NCBI GenBank assembly: GCA_049287025.1
Contig: JBAQFA010000009.1
Location: forward strand, 24,802-88,801
DNA: 64,000 bases
DNA from: Candidatus Magasanikiibacteriota bacterium
Lineage (GTDB): Bacteria; Patescibacteriota; Patescibacteriia; Magasanikbacterales; UBA922
Direction of reading: 5' to 3'
Below, one piece after another: positions 62,118 to 64,000 of this stretch (position 1 is the stretch's first letter; each line of letters starts with the position of its first letter). The notes under the pieces were generated by a model, which saw only the letters and a program-made list of their open reading frames with translations, was not told the DNA's origin and ran no database searches. Position numbers and translations under genes: made by a program.

Positions 62118-62651
62118 TTAAGCTGAGACAAAGAACACATCTTCATTTTTTTCAATTGTTTTTTCACAAACCAATGTTAGTGAATCAATTACTTTATCTA
62201 GGTCATTTAAGAATGTTTTATCCAGATTATTTAATAATTCTTTTAGTTTTTTTATTTCTTCTACTGTCCAATAACCAACCGTTGTTTCATATTGATCACC
62301 CATTTGGTGAAAGCGTTCGCCATCAGTCACGCGTCGGCCTTCTGTAATGTAACTTAGTAAATCAGTTAATTCTTGATCCACGTTTGGGTTAGAAATCAAT
62401 TTTTCTATTAGATCCCAATAAGCTTGGTTAGTCCAATTATCATCAATATTTTCATGATCTATAAATTCCAATAAATACGCTGGATAATAATCAATTCCGT
62501 CAATATTGCCCTCATCAATAATTTGGTCAATAAATTGACTACCTTCTGGATCATCGCCAATTAGTTTGTCCTTTACATCTTCTCTTTTTGAACCAATTAA
62601 AGATTTTAAATCATCTAATTTGAGAGAATAGAAACTAACGCTTGAGCTCAT
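62118..62651 (-). CDS. Acidic hypothetical protein
   Basis: 177 aa and Asp/Glu-rich. It may be DUF1877-like; I cannot recognise it with confidence. Confidence 0.45.
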   Translation of the reverse strand: MSSSVSFYSLKLDDLKSLIGSKREDVKDKLIGDDPEGSQFIDQIIDEGNIDGIDYYPAYLLEFIDHENIDDNWTNQAYWDLIEKLISNPNVDQELTDLLSYITEGRRVTDGERFHQMGDQYETTVGYWTVEEIKKLKELLNNLDKTFLNDLDKVIDSLTLVCEKTIEKNEDVFFVSA

Positions 62652-62972
62652 ATGAATTAGTATTAAGAATAATATAGAATTATTATAACTTTTTAATGTA
62701 ATGTCGTCAATTTAGCGTAATTTTTTACTGTATAAAAATATCCCCTTTTAGATTGACAGGATATTTTTGTGGTCATATACTATTAATATATACTAAATTG
62801 GTATGAATTTAATCAATAATCTTTGTTTTGAAAAATGCTTATCATTTTTTAGGCCAAAGGTCGATGATAATTAACTAGACCGCTATATATCTAAAAATAA
62901 TAGAATAATTGTAATTTTTAATAAAACATGAGTAATAGAATATGGCGGTCTAAAATTAATAAATATAAACAT

Positions 62973-64000
62973 ATGAAAACAGAATTATTCAGGAAAGCCA
63001 AATTTTCCAGCTCATTGCTAAAAGTAGTTATGTCTCTTGTTTTAGTGGCATCTCCCTTTTCGTTAGTGGGTTCAGCTCTAGCCGCTCCAGTAGATAGCTC
63101 GGTGCCAGCCACATCAATAACAACGCCAACTAATAATAGTACGGTTTCTGGTGTAGTTGCTGTTTCAGCTTCAGCTACAGATGTTTATTCATCTTGTGTT
63201 GTTACGGTTTCTGGGCAATCGTACGATGTGTCATCATTAAAATCTGACCATTCTGGTGGTGATATTTTTGTTTGTGGAACAGATATGACAGCTGTTTACC
63301 AGGCAGTTCATGGTACAAGTGTAAGTCGTATAGCATCATTTTTGATTCCGTCAACCTATAATGGTGTTACACAAGTTGAGTTATATGTTGATAATAGTTT
63401 AGTATCAACTGATGTTTCTACCCCATACTCATTTTCTTTGGACACAACATCACTATCCAATGGCGTTCACGTACTTACCGCCAAGGCTTATGACCAGGCT
63501 GGTAATGTTGGTACTTCAACCAATGTTTCTGTCACAGTTAATAATGCAGTAGTCACACCAGTTTTAACAAGTGTTAGTTTGAATCCAGCAACATCATCGG
63601 TTGTAGTGGGAGGCACTCAACAATATACAGCTGTAGCTAAGGATCAAAATGGCGTAGCTTTATCACCTCAACCTACAATTACCTATACTTCTAGCGATAC
63701 AGCCAAAGCTACTGTTAATGCGAGTGGCTTAGCAACAGGCGTAGCAACTGGTACTGTGACTGTGATGGCTACTAGTGGTTCAGTTTCAAGTACAGCGAGT
63801 TTGACAGTGACATCTGCGCCACCAAATCGAGTTTTGACTACTGTTGTGGTGACACCAACAACTACAGGTTTATCAGTTGGAGATAGTCAACAATTGACAG
63901 TCACTGCACTTGATCAGTTTGGTGAACCAATTACGGTTGCTTTGTTATGGAGTTCAAGTAATCCTTCCGTAGCTACAGTTGATTCTAATGGTAGGGTGAC
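62973..64000 (+). CDS. Secreted protein with bacterial Ig-like (Big_2-type) repeats, 3'-truncated by window end
   Basis: This ORF is absent from the ORF track because it has no stop within the window. Manual translation from the ATG at 62973 gives the signal peptide MKTELFRKAKFSSSLLKVVMSLVLVASPFSLVGSALA/AP. Repeats such as VTSVSLNPATSSVVVGGTQQYTAVAKDQNG...YTSSDTAKATVNASGLATGVATGTVTV follow. Confidence 0.7.
   Translation, partial: MKTELFRKAKFSSSLLKVVMSLVLVASPFSLVGSALAAPVDSSVPATSITTPTNNSTVSGVVAVSASATDVYSSCVVTVSGQSYDVSSLKSDHSGGDIFVCGTDMTAVYQAVHGTSVSRIASFLIPSTYNGVTQVELYVDNSLVSTDVSTPYSFSLDTTSLSNGVHVLTAKAYDQAGNVGTSTNVSVTVNNAVVTPVLTSVSLNPATSSVVVGGTQQYTAVAKDQNGVALSPQPTITYTSSDTAKATVNASGLATGVATGTVTVMATSGSVSSTASLTVTSAPPNRVLTTVVVTPTTTGLSVGDSQQLTVTALDQFGEPITVALLWSSSNPSVATVDSNGRV

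Noticed and set aside
1-64000. CRISPR arrays, rRNA genes, transposase-type IS elements and prophage structural genes.
   Set aside because: I found no regularly spaced direct repeats with unique spacers, and the 'word' repeats are short and irregular. I also found no rRNA-like conserved stretches, no DDE or HUH transposase ORFs, and no capsid, tail or terminase-sized genes.

Overview
This is an AT-rich, gene-dense bacterial chromosome segment that covers the replication-origin neighbourhood (dnaN, dnaA, rpmH-rnpA-yidD). It also carries core housekeeping genes (comM, hppA, ftsK, recA, ychF, polA, holA, rpsT, a class A PBP, lspA, rmuC, an ABC transporter) and nine tRNA genes. Host genes lack Shine-Dalgarno sequences. 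Intergenic regions hold short 'word-repeat' hairpins. There is a giant lamin-tail-domain surface protein and a membrane pyrophosphatase. Together these suggest a Patescibacteria/CPR-like organism using the standard genetic code, which is inference only. The main finding is a recurring, apparently undescribed module present at three loci: 12.47-14.56 kb, a tandem array at 28.37-34.9 kb, and an inverted copy at 47.6-49.8 kb. In four of the five modules a low-GC TrmB-family wHTH regulator paralog sits divergently next to an AT-rich promoter that drives the cassette; at the 12.5 kb locus the regulator is convergent and downstream. Each cassette holds one to three strikingly GC-rich ORFs. The payload ORFs are unrelated to one another and mostly unrecognisable: Cys-rich or zinc-ribbon proteins, a secreted protein, and an orphan receiver domain. 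All of them carry canonical GGAGG ribosome-binding sites that host genes lack. Their non-coding ends are conserved between cassettes, though no single motif is present at every locus. These ends comprise a 5' AGTTCTGAC leader with a hairpin, a GTAG-headed REP-like 3' motif GCGTAGGCCGGCGCGTGAGCTCGGCA, a roughly 110-nt inter-cassette junction, and a 20-bp palindrome followed by a terminator. No integrase or transposase lies within the arrays. Other notable items are listed here. A small integrative island (about 55.4-60.44 kb) ends in a large serine recombinase that overlaps tRNA-Pro. Inside that island is a riboswitch-like structured RNA. A tRNA-Gly is preceded by mosaic partial copies of itself. 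A roughly 400-nt promoter-to-terminator unit downstream of yidD contains no ORF. A DnaA-box-like cluster lies in a 500-bp non-coding gap. A Zwf-Gnd fusion enzyme and a HigB/HigA-like toxin-antitoxin pair are also present.
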